64,000 nt of DNA from Sphagnum compactum (GCA_965153455.1 OZ234494.1:9176001-9240000); one strand, 5' to 3'. Numbered from the stretch's first letter, positions 37,601 through 52,600 are shown. Program-made: numbers and translations. Notes: generated by a model not told the origin, from the sequence alone.

Positions 37601-40600
37601 GACAAGCAGTTATGTTGCTATGTGAAAATAATGGGGAAACAAGAAAGGTCTTGCTTGAAGTGCCACATGTGATGGGTGTCGGGATGCAGACTCTTCCAGG
37701 AGCATTGCTGTGCATAGCCCAACGGCTGGAAACAGTCAAGTTACGATCTGATTATCGGCAGCGGTTACTAGTTCTATGCTCTGATGTGGGTCGGGCGGCA
37801 GAGGCCAAGGGAGAAAGGTTTGTATATTATCTCTTGGTGAAGGTTGTTTGGGTGTGTCAGCCAATGCTGATGGTTTCCAGTCTGTTGCAGGATGATCCTG
37901 TAGCCTGCATTCCAGCCAGGTTTTTGTAGAACATGTGATCACTGGTGCCTGTGTATGTCATCTCAATGGTGTACACACTGTCTTACTTGTCATACAGGTA
38001 ACGAGATGAAATCTTATGAGCTTGAGGTTGGTTTACAGGTGTGGAGTTGATTTTCTTGGACCTCTTCTTCCAGCTGTTGCAGAAATATGCTCAGACCTAG
38101 ATCCAATGCAGGAGGTGGAGCCGCCTCTCTTGAAGTTGTTCTGCAACCTGTGGTTTTACATTGCTCTGTTTGGCCTAGCACCTCCTATACGGAAGGCACA
38201 GTCAACACTAATGTTGTCCTCGATGAGTTTAGCCAGCCAAGGAACCATGAGTGGGATACAAGCATTAAGTGGCCCTTATGTGTGGAGCCCTGAGTGGGCT
38301 TCAGCTGTTCTCCGTCTGTCTCAAACCACTCCTCCACTTGTGAGTGGACTGACCCATTCTATCTTGTTTCACTAATACTTTTATGCACTTGACCAGATTT
38401 TGAATGGTTCAGATGCATCCCATGTGGAGAGTAGTGTTAACACCAGCTTCTGTTCAAACAGAGATTCAGGACCAGTGATACTCCTCTTGGAGGGATATGA
38501 CAACACATTATGTTTTGAAGTATTCTTGATGACTGTGACATGCTGACAGTAATGCTCAATTAAGATCCTCCAATGTCCCGTTATCAAGTTCAACTGTCAT
38601 CACTGGATGTGTTTACATACAGGTTGTGAGTTCAGTAAAGTGGCTGGAAGTTGAGCTGGAGCTCGATGCACTTCACAATCCAGAGAGTTCTCGTGGAACT
38701 GGCAATGAGAAGGCTGCAATTGCTCATCGTACTATCCTCTCTTACGCATTGGGTGGTCAAGTTGATGTGGCATCAATGTACAGCATTTCTGGTAAAGCAA
38801 CCTTTGAATTCGATTGAACTTCCAGTCAAAGAATTAGTAGTGCTTTCATTCTCGGCTATGTTGCTGTCATTCTCCAGCTCAGTATTCCCTTTTCAACGCA
38901 CAAGGTGTGTGAATTTGGATTGACCATTTTAGCTTGGAGTTGATAACTATAAGTGTTCGACTGTTTGTGCTGACACTGCTAAGACCTTCACATATGAACA
39001 CAAGAAGTTAGACTTTGGGGAATGTTTTTTTGCATCTAAACTTCTGAAAGTAAAGTGGTCTTAATGGGATGCTCAGTTTGTGGTTGATTGTTAAATAGGT
39101 GCAAAGGCTACTTACCTCTTGGCAGTTACGTACTTGGAGGTTTTACGGCTCCGGGACAATGGAGGATGCCTCAATAGCAATCAACCAGATGGAAGCTACC
39201 GAAGTGCTCTTATTTGTCTATTTGAGTATGTGGAGACCCCTGATTTGGTACCTGCTGTGTATCAATGTCTTACAACAATTGTCCAGCGTGCCTTCAGTGC
39301 TGCTTTGATACAGCTGGTACCTCACAAACATGTTATCCAAGCTGGGACCATTTTAGTGGGTGTTCTGCTTTTCAGATTGTTAGATGCATGCAATAAAACC
39401 CATGTATCTTGTTCAACTAGCAAGAATGATTATGAAAGATGCTGAGAAACATCTGGTTATCTACTCAAAATTGTGCTTGACTACTGTACTTATTTTGATG
39501 AATATTGTGGTTTATGTGAACTGTGATTGTCCTTTGGATATTCATATGTGGACCAGGGCAGGGGGATGGTTGTGTGACCTCAGATCCCTAAGGTACAACT
39601 TGTGCTTGCAGGAGGAGAAGGATTTGTCAACTGAGGAGGAGGTGAAGCACAAGGAAAGGGTGTTGATACTGCATGCACTATTCTTAATCAACCATACGAT
39701 ACATCCAGATGAAAATGTCTGTGAGATTGCCGACAGTCTTCTTGGACAGCTCAGAAACAAATTCCGGCAGGTATTTATTGTATGGCTCTCTGGATGGCGT
39801 ATACAGAACAATACCAATCGACATGAGGAATGTTAGAAGTCTGGTTTCTTATCCCAATTCTGGTTTTGATGGAGTCAGGTACTCTGGAATAAGCAATGCC
39901 TTGAGGCTCTTTTGGGCTTACTGTCTGAGCAACCCTCAGTTATGCAGAGTAATGACAGTGGGGGACTTTTGGCTTTTCAGTCACTGACACATCAACGAGC
40001 ACATGAATGGATAACATATGCTCTGTTATTTGCCCCCTGTACCACACAAGGTCTGCTACAGGTAGAACACCATATATGACAACATCATCTACTTGAGTGA
40101 GTGAGCTATCACTGAAATGTTTGTCAAGCAGTTAGTCAACATGCCTGATCTTTAGACAGGGATTGCTCAGTCTAGCTCATGGATCGAGAGGACAATCACA
40201 TTGCAATTCCCTGTGTGTTTATCTGAGTGACATCTGGACATCTACATACTAACACACTGGAAGGTGTAATAGTTCTTGGCAACTGACCCAAGTAACAGGA
40301 AGCAATTTTTTTGTGGGTGGTACTGATTTGCAGGAGTATATTCGTCAAGTGACCACTTACCAGAACGTGGCTCATTCAAGCAAAATTATTGCACTTTTGT
40401 CTGATATTCGGTTGTATCCCAGCACCTTTACCATGGGTTCCATGCCTGCAATTGCAGCTGCAGCAGCTGCTGCTGGGGGTAGTGATGCCAGCAGCTTGGA
40501 TGTGTTGTCAATGGGAATCACAAGTGCCAATGTAAAATCAAGGTATGCTGGAGAAATAGCTGGCATGAAGCGGCTTTATTCTGTGAGCATGAGCAGTTTG

Positions 40601-43600
40601 ATGTTAAGTGAGGTGCATGGCTTCAAAACCCACTCAGGGGGGAGGGGCTTAAATGGCATTGGTAGCATCCACAGTGGGGATGATGAAGAGGGCTCATTGC
40701 AAAGCATTTTGATCTCCCGTTTCATGCAGCAGCTTCAGCAGTTTGTGATTGATGCACAGCAGGGATGCTCGATCAGTGATGTAAAATATCGTGATGCATG
40801 CTTGCAAGCTGCTGCTCTTCTCCTATCTGAAATGGTATGGCTCTTGGTGCCCACCTTCTCTCCAACTGCCAGTGGACTGTAGGAATGTGTTTTGATTGTA
40901 AGCTTGGGTGCTCAGGAGAGTTCGCTCACCAGTCAGGTGACAAGGAGATAGGTAGTATGATTATCTGCAAGTTACATGAAACTGCTTCTGTGTTTTTGTA
41001 GAGCTCAGGTCATCTGGTGGTTTCAAAAGGAGCTTCACAGCTATTACGCCTGCTATGTTGGTGCCCTGCTCACATATTCACAGCACAAGTGATGGAAACT
41101 GGCGTGTTTGTGTGGACCTGGCTTGTTACTGCAGCTCCACAGCTGGGACCACTAGTCTTAGCAGAAGTAGTGGATGCCTGGTTATGGACTGTGGCTAGCA
41201 GGAATGGACTATTTGCAGGAGGCATTGACCACTCAGGTCCTGTTGCTCAACTCCGGCCCCAGCTCAGCCCTGGGGAACCATCAAACTTGCCTGCTCAGGG
41301 CGACCCTGTGGAAGGCATTATTGTACATAGATTGTGGCTTGGCTTCCTTCTTGATCGCTTTGCGGTGAGACTCCATTGGATACATGCTGGATGTTGCACT
41401 ATTACTGATAGTGGGGATTGTATTCAGAATCCTCTCCTCGTGGGATAGAATTCCTGCCCTCTCAGATTCTGGTCTTCATCAGTTGTGTCCTGTACTTAAA
41501 TGCATGTACACAATCTGAAGTATCTGACATGGTTTGTGCTACACATCTGACCTTGAGCCTTCCAGGTAGGAGTTGACAGTTGTGGTTGTATCAATGCAAG
41601 CTGCAAGAGCCCTTCTAACAAGTGATCCCATGGATGTGAATATGCAGGTTATGATGCACACAGGAGGTGACCAGATGCTGGTAATGGTTCGGTTGATTCA
41701 AGGATCTGTGCACAACCCATCTTCCTTGTCATCTCATCCAGCTGCTGCTGGAACTCTCTTCACACTCCTGCTTTTGGGCCTCAAAGTGTGTGACTGCCTT
41801 CTGCAAGCTAGTGCACACACTGAACATACTGGTGTGCAACTGCTTCAAGACAGTGTTTACAGGTACATACAACTTATGTGAATGCTGTAGAGTTGCTATT
41901 TGCTGCTCATGTCAAGAGATGTTCTTGATGGCCATGATGTGGTTAACTGTGCTAAAATGTCTGCTGAATGTGCAACCAGCTGACTGTGAAGCACATGAGA
42001 ATGAGAAAAAGTTGTTTAGATTCATTGGTGGTGTTCATGATCTGACTTCAGGCATTTGCACTTCTGAGGGTATATTTCACAGTTGATTGTATAAGAAGCA
42101 TGTCCAACATTGATTGAGTGGTTTTGTCACATTTGCCACATCTGTAAAATTTGGGTCAATAAGCCTCTAACTTTGAGTGAGGGAGTTGTCTGTGGGGAGG
42201 ATCACAGAGCTGCATTTCAGTGGTTTACAGTGGAACCAGGTTGGTATGAAACAGACACAGAGGGCTTTGCACAAGCAGAAGCCCTAGCAGTGGCAATCTT
42301 CACCCAACATTTTGCACTTGATCAGCCTATGATCTCCAGTCAAGATGAAGCTTCCATTCCCCTGTATACTGTTAGTGGAGGCCTCAGTGGTCCCCAATTG
42401 GCTTCTACTGCTAGCATGCAGGTGCGATAGTGGTTAAGATGCATGATCATTCTGGTTTTGCATGCCTCTTGTTAATCCATAAGCTTCTGTTTTCTGGAAG
42501 TTACATTGCCAGATAAAGCTCCTAGGGTGCATACTGAAGCTTGCTCCTGACATTTCTTCACCTTCCTGACATACGCATGCTGCTGATTCCTATCTTGGCA
42601 ACCAGTAAATGATAACTGACATATGTGATGGTATGGACAGACACAGATTGAGCATCCCATCTGGGCAAAAAGGCAAAAGCAACTATTGCTTATGCTCTGC
42701 CAACATGAAGCAGATAGGCTTGACACATGGGCCAACCCACTAAAGTAAAGTCCGCAACATTTAGACTTGGAGAAAATCATTGAGGATACAAGAATAGTTC
42801 TGGTTTTGTAACAAATCTGAGTTGCCTGATAACTGTTGTTGGTTTTTTTCTGTCTCATCATCACACAGATCACCAGGTTCCACTTATATAGCCTGAAAGT
42901 AACAGCAGTCATTGAAAAGAATGTAGTGCCTGGGAATAGCACTTTGGTTTGAATATGAAATATGTAGCTCATCAGCCTGGTTGTCTGATCAGGGTGCAAA
43001 CAGTACCTCATCTACAACAAGAGTCAGAGCAGTGGGGAACACATGTTAAGACAGCTTGGTCTCTGGACCCTCAAATTGCTTTAGCACTTGTTGCCAGATT
43101 TCCCAGTGCAACTACATTGAAGGCAGAGGTTGCATCCATGGTGCAGGTGTGTTTCTTTTGTTCTAGCGCTAACTCAACAACCTCAACCCTTTGCTGGAAT
43201 ATCAGTAGTAAGTCACCAACAAGTATGCTGATGCCTTGGTAACATTCAATGCAGGCACATGTCCCAGAGTTAATAAATTTGCCAGAAGCTCTACCCTATT
43301 TTGTAACACCGAAGGCAGTGGAGGAAGATTCAGTAGTTTTGCACTGGCTACTCCACTGGAAACCCTGCTCCATCACTTGTGCACTTAACTTTCTAACACC
43401 ATCTTATAAGGGCCACCCCCGTGTTATTGCATATGTGCTTCGTGTGATGGAATCTTATCCACCAGAACGGGTCACCTTCTTCATGCCCCAACTTGTGCAG
43501 GCCCTTCGTTATGATCAAGGAGTAAGTGCCCCATCTCTGGCCTTTTGAGAATTTCGAAAGTTCTCTTGCCAATTTCACAACTTGTGACTCACCCAAGGAT

Positions 43601-46600
43601 ACTACTTTGGCATACATTTTTTAGCATCAACACAACAGCTTTGGTAAAATTTCCAGAAGAGGTTATGTGCATTAGTCAAGGAACATCCTGATTGAACCAG
43701 TTTCTTTTCCGAAACCATCCTGATCCAAGACTGGTGGGATTTAGTGGTTGTCCAACTGCTGCATCCTCAGAATTGGGTTATTCCTGCGAGAATTGGTGCT
43801 TGGTTTTTAGAGACTGCTAGTAAAAAATGCAAGGCAAGTGTCATTGCTGAGTCTGGGTGGAGCCCTGTGGAAGCAGGGGATGTTGGAAGGATATTTGATG
43901 GCAGCTGCACAACAGAGCAATTTGTTTGCTCACATTCTGATATGGCAGCTTCAGGTACATGTTGCACAGAAAGTCATTCTTATAGTGTTCCTGTCACTGA
44001 TCTTTTGCATTAAATAATTCCCAAAAGGGGTTAGTCAGAAAAAAATGAAAACCATTCTATACAATACCTGACACTGATCTTCTGGAGTTAAAACAATTCC
44101 CAAAAGGGGCTGTTGGGAGAAATGAAAATCGTTCTTATACCATACCTGTTACTGATAGTCCAGTGTGAAATACTTCCCAAAAGGGTTAGTTGGAAAGAAG
44201 GAAAATTTTCCAGGTTTGAGTTTTCCAACCTATAGATATCAAATATGAGTCCTTTTCCTTGGGTTATTACTGCAAGTACTAAATACATACAGGACCTATT
44301 CAACTTATTCTTAAGTTTCAAAAATTCTGAAATATTAAAATGGGAGCTGCCATACCCATTTTCTGAAATAGTTAAAACATTTTGGCAGAAAAAGCTGCTG
44401 CTTTATCAGTGGCAGGTATGGTATCAAAGACATTAGTCATGTTCAGAGTTACATTTGTGGTCACAGCACCCATTTTTGAAATAATTTAGCATATTGGAAT
44501 AAACTGCTGTTCACCAGAGGAAGGTAAGGTAGCAAGGACACGTTCACAATTATGTTCATGGCCACTTCATTCTTTCTGATTTGACTTCTGTAAATTTGCA
44601 GGGAGAGGAGCCACCACCTGCAAAAGAAGCAGGGAAAGAAGAGCATGTCATTGAGGTACTAAACCAAACTTGGCTAATTTACCACATCACTGTTTGTTTC
44701 CTTTTCATGCGTGTGACTTAAAATGAGTCCTGTTAGCTCATGGTGTGAGCAACAAAAGCTCTGTTCATGTAGCTTATGGAAGCTCAATGCTCGGTTATAA
44801 GCAAGCAACCATGCTTTTTGATCTATCAGTAGAGGCTCACGATCCTTGATCTTCTTGGAAACCCCAAACCCTAAACCATGCTTTTTGGTCTATTAGTGCA
44901 AGCTCAAGATCCTTTATCTCCTAGGAAACTGTAAACCCTTTACCATGGTTTTCAGTTTATTAGTGCAACCTCAAGATCCTTGATCTGCTAGGAAACCCTA
45001 AGCCTTAAACCATGCATTTTGGTTTATTAGTGTGAGCTTCAAGATCCTTGATCTCCCAGGAATGCACTTAACAGGGCTGAGTACAATAGGATGGTTGTGG
45101 TGCCATTTTGGCACTCTCATGGGTAATTGGTGGTTTGTGGTTTTCCTTCATTGTTGCTTTGATTTTCTTAGCATTTGGGTTGAATTGTAATCTGTTGTCC
45201 ATCTGAATGGAACTGGCAGGGAAATGTGCTGTATGATTTGGTTCCAAGGGTGAAACAACGCATCACTGATAGTTTCACCCCAGAAGCAAATGATGTTTTT
45301 CTGCGTGAATTTCATTTCATTGACAAGGTGACCTCTATTTCTGGGGTGCTATACCCACTGCCCAAGGAGGAACGTCGAGCTGGAATCCGCAGGTTATGTT
45401 GGTCTACAAACCTCATTTTGCTAAATGTGAAGGTTTAAGACTATATGCATTTTCATGACCTACAATTGACCAAATAAGTGTAGGCTTGGGTGTGTCCCCA
45501 CAAGTTTACAGCCAATATGTGAAGTCTGAGCAGTTGGCTACTTGGAAGCAGCAATAGCAATTATCAACGGTGCAGACTGCTTGTCTTTTCAATGCACATC
45601 AATAGTGTGATATGTTGATGCACTTGTCTTCCCATGCAGCAGCATAATTTTGATGGAAAGTTTTACTTTGTGACAGGGAGCTGGAAAAGATAGAATTGGA
45701 AGGTGATGACTTGTACTTGCCAACGGCACCCAATAAGCTGGTCCGGGGCATTGAATTGGAGAGTGGAATCCCACTCCAGTCAGCTGCAAAGGTGCCCATT
45801 ATGATCACTTTCCAAGTTGTTGACAAGGATGGCAATCCTGATGATGTCCAGCTTCAGGCCTGTATTTTCAAGGTATATCTCATGTTTTTCTAACCTGCTT
45901 TGTGCTAAGATAGAGAGAGGAAAACCTCTAGTATGAAACCTTTTGCATTAAGATTCTATGTCTACAAGACACATAAGCCAACTCATGCCTAGCTTTACCT
46001 AGAGTGTCTCACTTGATCTGCCTCTACAAACTACCAATGGTGTCTGCAAGTCTCCACATTTGCCCCCCTAGTATATGAAGCCCACAATGTCTGCTAGAAA
46101 CTTTCCTGCTGGACTTTCTGGATGGAGGAGCTGCTCATGATAGGTGCACCGTGTCATGCCATTCCAAAGGCTATCTTCCTCCATAGATATGGCAGGGATG
46201 GCCCATGTGAAACTTTGGATCGTTTTATCCTGCAGCCTAATTGGTTTTCAGGGGAAAACAAAAGGGGACAATTTCCTTATCTAGCTTGTGCTTCATTGAG
46301 CAACAAGGGAGCAGGAAGGGTGTGTTGCAGGTGGGAGATGATTGCAGGCAAGATGTATTGGCTCTGCAAGTCATTGCCCTACTGAAGAACATATGGGAAG
46401 CAGTTGGCCTTGACCTCTATGTCTTCCCGTATGGGGTGCTTCCAACTGGCTATGGAAGAGGCATCATTGAGGTAAAACTCTCTTCCTCTTCCTTTTGCAT
46501 TCTGATTGACTGGTTTCCTAACTTGCTTATTGAATAATCAACAAGAGCAATCTCTCAAAACCAACATATGAGATGACACACACAGATGCATCTATTTTCT

Positions 46601-47693
46601 AACCAAAAAGGTTTTATATGCCTGTGCTGCTGATTTGCAATTTCTTTCTGTTTCTTCTAGTAATATGATGTTTCTTGACTAAAAGGTTGTGCCAAATGCA
46701 CGAAGCCGGAATCAAATGGGGGAGATGACAGATGGAGGGTTGTATGAGATCTTTCAACAAGACTATGGTCCAGTTGGATCTCCTTCCTTTGAACAGGCTC
46801 GCAACAATTTTTTGGTCAGCAGTGCTGGCTATGCTGTTGCAAGCCTCTTGCTCCAACCCAAGGATCGTCACAATGGCAACCTTCTTTTTGACAAGTATTT
46901 CCTTATTCATCTTCTACTATTTGTTCCTCTACATCATGTTATTTTCAACCTGCAAATTGTGAAAGCCTTCAGTAAATGCCTTGTTCAAGAAATGCAGGGT
47001 GACTGAAGTACCTGTGAATTGGTATGTATCAGTGAGGGACGATTAGTGCATATTGACTTTGGCTTTATACTGGAGACATCACCAGGAGGCAACATGCGCT
47101 TTGAGAGTGCACAATTCAAGCTGAGCCATGAAATGACACAGCTTCTTGATCCCTCTGGAATAATGAAGAGTGACATATGGAACTGCTTTGTCAGGTCTGC
47201 TCACTCATCTTTGTGCCTCACTTTTCTCTCAGCAATTGTCAAGCAACATGGTCCATCCTTGCAACTAAAATTTTATGAAACAATTGCACTGGTTTGCATT
47301 AGCATCTACAGTCTATCACTGGGACCATACAAAAGACAAGGAACAATGTTCTGGGGAAAGTGAGATTACAGGTAGTGTGAAGTCTGTTACTCGTCATAGT
47401 GCGGATAAGAAACTGAGGGGTGTGGGAATGGCAGCTTATGTGTGAAGGGCTACTTGGCAGCAAGGGTCCATATGGAGGGTATAATCAACACTGTTGCTCT
47501 CATGGTGGAGAGTGGACTGCCATGCTTCAGCCGTGGTGACCCAATTGGCAATCTGCGCAAACGATTTCATCCAGAAATGAGTGAACGCAGTGCAGCCAAT
47601 TACATGATCAAAACATGTGAAGATGCATACAATAAGTGGAGTACTGCTGGTTATGACTTGATCCAATACTTGCAGCAGGGTATTGAGAGATAA
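34696..47693 (+). CDS. PI4KA1: Phosphatidylinositol 4-kinase alpha (type III alpha), multi-exon
   Basis: N-terminus [11 protein letters not shown] (alternative ATG 34690); conserved blocks [47 protein letters not shown]; kinase motifs GDDCRQD, KDRHNGN, HIDFGF; C-terminus [13 protein letters not shown]. Exons have plausible splice sites and no lesion was noticed. Confidence 0.95.
43990..44210. repeat. Degenerate ~78-bp tandem repeat (about 3 copies) in a PI4KA intron
   Basis: CCTG.CACTGAT-like motif at 43990, 44067 and 44145; TTCCCAAAAGGG at 44018, 44097 and 44174. Confidence 0.7.
44808..45062. repeat. 67-bp minisatellite (about 4 copies) in a PI4KA intron
   Basis: ACCATG at 44808, 44875, 44942 and 45009; shared CTCAAGATCCTTGATCT and GGAAACCC/AAACCCT motifs. 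Confidence 0.85.
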
Positions 47694-49134
47694 AGAACAT
47701 CTGCCAGCCAACTTATTTGCATGATTCAAATTGTTGCATTCAGCATTGTACTCTCCCAGATTCATATTAGTGGACCAGATTTTCTGCCAAGCTAATTCTT
47801 GCAAATGTCTACCTAATCAGTTCATTCATCACTTAATGCTGTATCACCTAAGCTTTTACCACCTCAGGTTTAGTATGAGGATATCCATGGCACAAACCTC
47901 TTTGGTGTTAGGTGTCCATAGCAAATTGAGATGTGTACAAAACTATTCTCAGATGAGCTGCATGGAATCCTTTTTGTACCATAAAAAGCATGGCAGAAGC
48001 TTCATTTTTCTTGGTGCTCATTTTGTGGTTCATTTTCAATTTCAGTTCTCTTGAGTTGCAATCCTCTATATACAGAGGTAGCAAGCTGGAAAACTTTTTC
48101 AGTCCTTTACGTGAGGACTGTAAATTCCATAATTTGTGCTGTGGCAGAGGATTTTGTGTAAATCTCTACCACTTTCAGGCGTGTATGATTGATCCATAAA
48201 TCCAGCATACCTGATGAAGTTTCAGTCATGATACCTGATGAAGTCCAAAGAAAATTATTCTGCTATTCTGTCTGCTCAAGAAAAATCTTCATTTCTGCAA
48301 CAAGAAAAACAGACATCGTCAGAAGCATGCAAAGTCACATATACATATGTATAAGCAGTTACAAGAAAGGCATGATGAGCTCAATGAAGAAACACTCTTG
48401 AGAAGAGACAACAAGAGTTTGTCTCTGACCTAAGAATTATGATCCATCACAGGAAAGATCTTCAGGATCAGTCGGTCAATCTAGTTTTTTAAAGACAAAT
48501 GCTCAAGAACATGCCAAGGATTGTTTGATTTATCACATTGCTGTGATGCTAGCAGCTGGTTTCGAAATAACCCGTTTCTCACTTGGGTCGGTGTTCCAAA
48601 TTACAACTTGGCCTTAAAGAGCGCTTCGTTGGACGAATCCAAATTTCCAATTACACGTGGAAGATTCTGGTTGGTTATTCCTCAGTCGAGGCAACTTGGC
48701 CGATCTGACTCTTCAAAGTGAGAAAATTAAATATCCACAGAACGGACGACTGGATAGCTCCCACGTGTAATAAACCAACTGGATTGACCCTCGTCGCATC
48801 ATCAAGAGTCAGCCACCGCCACACTACGTTCTGCCCATGTTCAGAAGATCGAACGATCGAAAACTCTGCCCATCTTAGATCTACGGTGCTGACTATTCTG
48901 ACATGGATAAATGCTCAGAAGCTATGATTAACCGTTTGAAAAGTCATAGTTAATTCCATCCATAATCCTTGTCTCCTCCTTCTACATCCAATTCTATTCC
49001 GACAACTGTCTGCGCCCTCTGATTCCCTGATGCCATTCCAGACCAGAATCTTCCCCTACTACTGTATTCACAAATCCTTCCAAAGGCCATACGCGCGCGG
49101 GAGAAGAGAGACAAAGAGACTGTGTGAGTGCGCG

Positions 49135-49267
49135 CGAGAGAGAGAGGGCGAGAGAGAGCGAGAACGAGATCAAGAATTGCGAGAGAGAGAGCGAGAGAGA
49201 GCGAGAACGAGATCAAGAATTGCGAGAGAGAGAGCGAGAGAGAGCGAGAACGAGATCAAGAATTGCG
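49135..49267. repeat. 43-bp GA-rich tandem repeat, 3 copies, upstream of the NAL1-like gene
   Basis: GAGAGAGAGAGCGAGAGAGAGCGAGAACGAGATCAAGAATTGC; CAAGAATTGC at 49171, 49214 and 49257. Confidence 0.9.
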
Positions 49268-49698
49268 AAGTGCAGGGAGGAGGGAGAAGCGCAAGGGGGG
49301 GGGGACAGAAGAAAGAGAAGAGCAGAGGCAGAACTACTGCGACCGGCTGAGGAGTGGGTAATGATAATCTAAATGGAAAAACAAAATGGGACTGGGAAAA
49401 AGGAAGGTAAAGGTCTTAGAGTCTTGCTAGTTTGTGCGTGCGTGCGTCTGTGTTTTGTTTTCCCCCCTTCATGTGTGAAGGATTTGTTATTAGAATTGAG
49501 ATGATGGTGGGGAGGGGGAGACTGGAGATCGGGTGCTGGTTAGCTCTGAGAGAGAGATGATATTTGCATGTGGGGAAGGGAGAGAGTAGGAGTAGAAGAA
49601 GAAGGGATGGCGGTGGTGGGAGTGGTATGAGGAGAGGGGGGGATTGAGAATGAAATGGAGACTGAAGAGGAGGGGTGTTGGGGTAGCGCGAATGAAGG

Positions 49699-52600
49699 AT
49701 GGACATCACACGCTTGCTGCGTGCCACAGCTCGAAGTCGGGAATCGCCGATGGCAACACAGCCGGATGCTGTGCACTGGACTTACGTAACGGGGAGTCGT
49801 CCGGCGGGTTGTGAAAGCCCGCCTCTGCAACCGTTTGCATCGGGGGGACAACTTGAGAGCAGTGCGGCGTACGTGTTATGGCCTCCTTCCAGCTGGGTCA
49901 CGGGATCGGCGGAGGAGAGAGCCGCCTACTTCAATGAACTGCAAAAGAGAGTGGAACGGGACTGCGACGGCGATCGGATGCCAAGCGGACGACAAGCGTC
50001 CACTTTGTTTGACCTCATGACAATTCGAGCTTTCCATAGCAAGTCCCTTCGTCTCTACAGCCTGGGCACTGCTCTGGGCTTCCGGACACGACAGGGGGCT
50101 CTCACTAACATACCTGCCATCATCGTCTTTGTCGCTCGCAAAGTACACGGACAGTGGCTCCTCGATATGCAGAAGCTCCCAAGTATCCTTGAGGTATGTA
50201 TGTATACACACACATCTCTTCCTTCACCTGGTTCAACTTGCATGCGTACCACCTACGTACCCATGGCCGCGCTGGAGGGTCCTCTCCCTCCTCCCCTCCA
50301 TGCTATTCTTTTGTCTTTTCCAGTGTTGAATTGCAAATCCACTTTATAGTTTTTCTCCATGGATCAACTGGCCTAATCTCATGAGTGTTTTGGGGATGTG
50401 CAGGGTCCAGGCAGGGTTTGGTGTGATGTAGATGTAGTGGAGTTTTCATACTATGGACCTCCTGTGACCACTCCAAAGGAACAAATCTATACAGAGCTCG
50501 TTGAGGGTTTGCGAGGAAATGATGCATCCATTGGCTCTGGCTCACAGGTTTGAAACTATGAGAGCAAAATTGCAAACCCTGTTGCTAGACAGTGATGATG
50601 CATGCACATCAGAATTCTGTATCTTTTTTTACAGTAGCTGCAACTTTCGGTCGATTTGTGGAAGAGATTTTCATTTTCAGTTCTCAAGTGCTTTGTTTGT
50701 AGTGCATTTTCAAAGGTCTATTTTTCGGCTTCCACCTGTTTGAACATGGTGATTTTCCAGTGTAAAAAGGGCAGTAGTGACTGGTGCCATTTCAATTGAG
50801 ATAAACTACTAATTCTCAGCACTACAGTTGCAGACATACTCCTCCCAGTACCTTGTCAGAGACACAGCAGCAATATATGCGGAAGTCTCATAAAAGAGAT
50901 ATGTTAGAGTTGCGTTGTTCCATCTCGTCACGACTGCATCTTATGAAGAGCTTCTTCACAATACCTGAGAAGGAAGGACTCCCTCAGTTGCACTTTGTGA
51001 TGGAGCTCCACATTCAGAATGGACAAACCAGCAAGCTACTTGAGTTTGACAACTGGAGGGTTCAGTGACACTTCAGTGCCTCTTATGGAGCACCCCACAT
51101 TTTTTTGCTTCCAAGCTATGGGACAGCAACAAGACCAAAAAAGCAAACCTAACTAGAATCACTGTGGAAACCTTCAGGTGGCAAGTCAGGAAACGTATGG
51201 CACTCTTGGGGCTGTGGTTCAGAGCCAGATCGGATTTCGTCAAATTGGCTTCCTTACTAATCGCCATGTTGCAGTTGACCTAGACTACCCTGCCCAGAAG
51301 ATGTTTCATCCACTACCACCAAATCTTGGTCCAGGTGTGTACTTGGGTGCTGTCGAAAGAGCCACATCTTTTATCAGAGATGATCTGTGGTATGGCATTT
51401 TTGCTGGCATGAATCCAGGTATTCTTCTCTCCATCCTGTTTGAACTTGCGTTACTGTATACAAATGTAAATTTGCAGTATTCCATAATTCTTCTTACACT
51501 GGTGTTCTGTCTGCAATTTCTTACCACTGGTTAAGAGACAAAGATACAACTAAGTTTGCTTGAAGTCTTTTGCACTTTTCGCTCCATCCATGGGAAACCT
51601 TATGAGAGACTACTGGCGTTTTTATGAACGCCCTTTGGCTGCTTAATTGTGGCATAAGCAAGTAGTGCTTGTCACCTATTCAAACTTCTGTGATAGACCA
51701 ATGAGTTTACATCCACAAGTCTGGAAGATGTACCATTGGTCTAGATCTCACCATCAACATCTTTGACTTGAAGAAAATTCTTTATTTCCCTGTGGGAAAG
51801 GTGGCTGTCCTGGGTGCCTGCATAGTGGGGGATGACCGCTATTGTATGAGATGGTGTGGTTGTTCCCTGTTTGAGTTTGGGAAGCTGTTGGATTTCTATT
51901 GCCCAGCACATTCTTCATCCTCATCTGGAACTCATTAGTAACACCTTTCAAGACTTCTGGTGTTTCCAGAAACATGCCATTGGTTTCAGTCACCTCATTC
52001 TAAATGTAGAATGATGATGAGGCTTGCTATGTGTTATCAGCCCTAGCTATACATGCACTCAAGGCCAGGAGTGTAATTTTAAGGACCTTGGGCTGAGCAT
52101 TCTAGTTAGTGTTGACACTCAGCATTATCGTCTTCTTTTCTTGGTTCAGTCCATATGGTCTATTTGAGGCTGCTTGTCCCATAAGGTACTCCTTTGGAGT
52201 ATGCATGGCTGATAGAGTATGATGGATGTTGATTAGAAACCCATAGTAGTTAGTGAACTCTAATCTGAGGGATAAATCCAATTTCAAAGATCTCAGATAA
52301 ATCCAATAGCAGCTTCAAGATTGTGGATACAATAGGCATCCAGCCAAGATTTACTTACTGCAATTTTTTGGGGTTGGCCACTGTCCTGATTTGCAGAGAC
52401 CTTTGTGAGGGCTGATGGAGCATTTATTCCTTTCTCCGAAACATTTGATTTGTCAAAGGTGACAACATCACTAAAAGGCATGGGGGAGATGAGTGACCTG
52501 ATGCGTGTTGATCTGCGGGCTCCCATTGACAGCTTGATTGGTAGGCGTGTGGCCAAAGTTGGCCGAAGTTCAGGCCTTACAAGAGGTGTGATCATGGCTT

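Noticed and set aside
44808-45062. Regularly spaced repeats that superficially resemble a CRISPR array
   Set aside because: Whole 67-bp units are homologous with no unique spacers, no cas genes, and the context is a eukaryotic intron.
49030-49372. Arg/Glu-rich ORFs in all three plus frames
   Set aside because: Artefacts of the 43-bp GA-rich tandem repeat.
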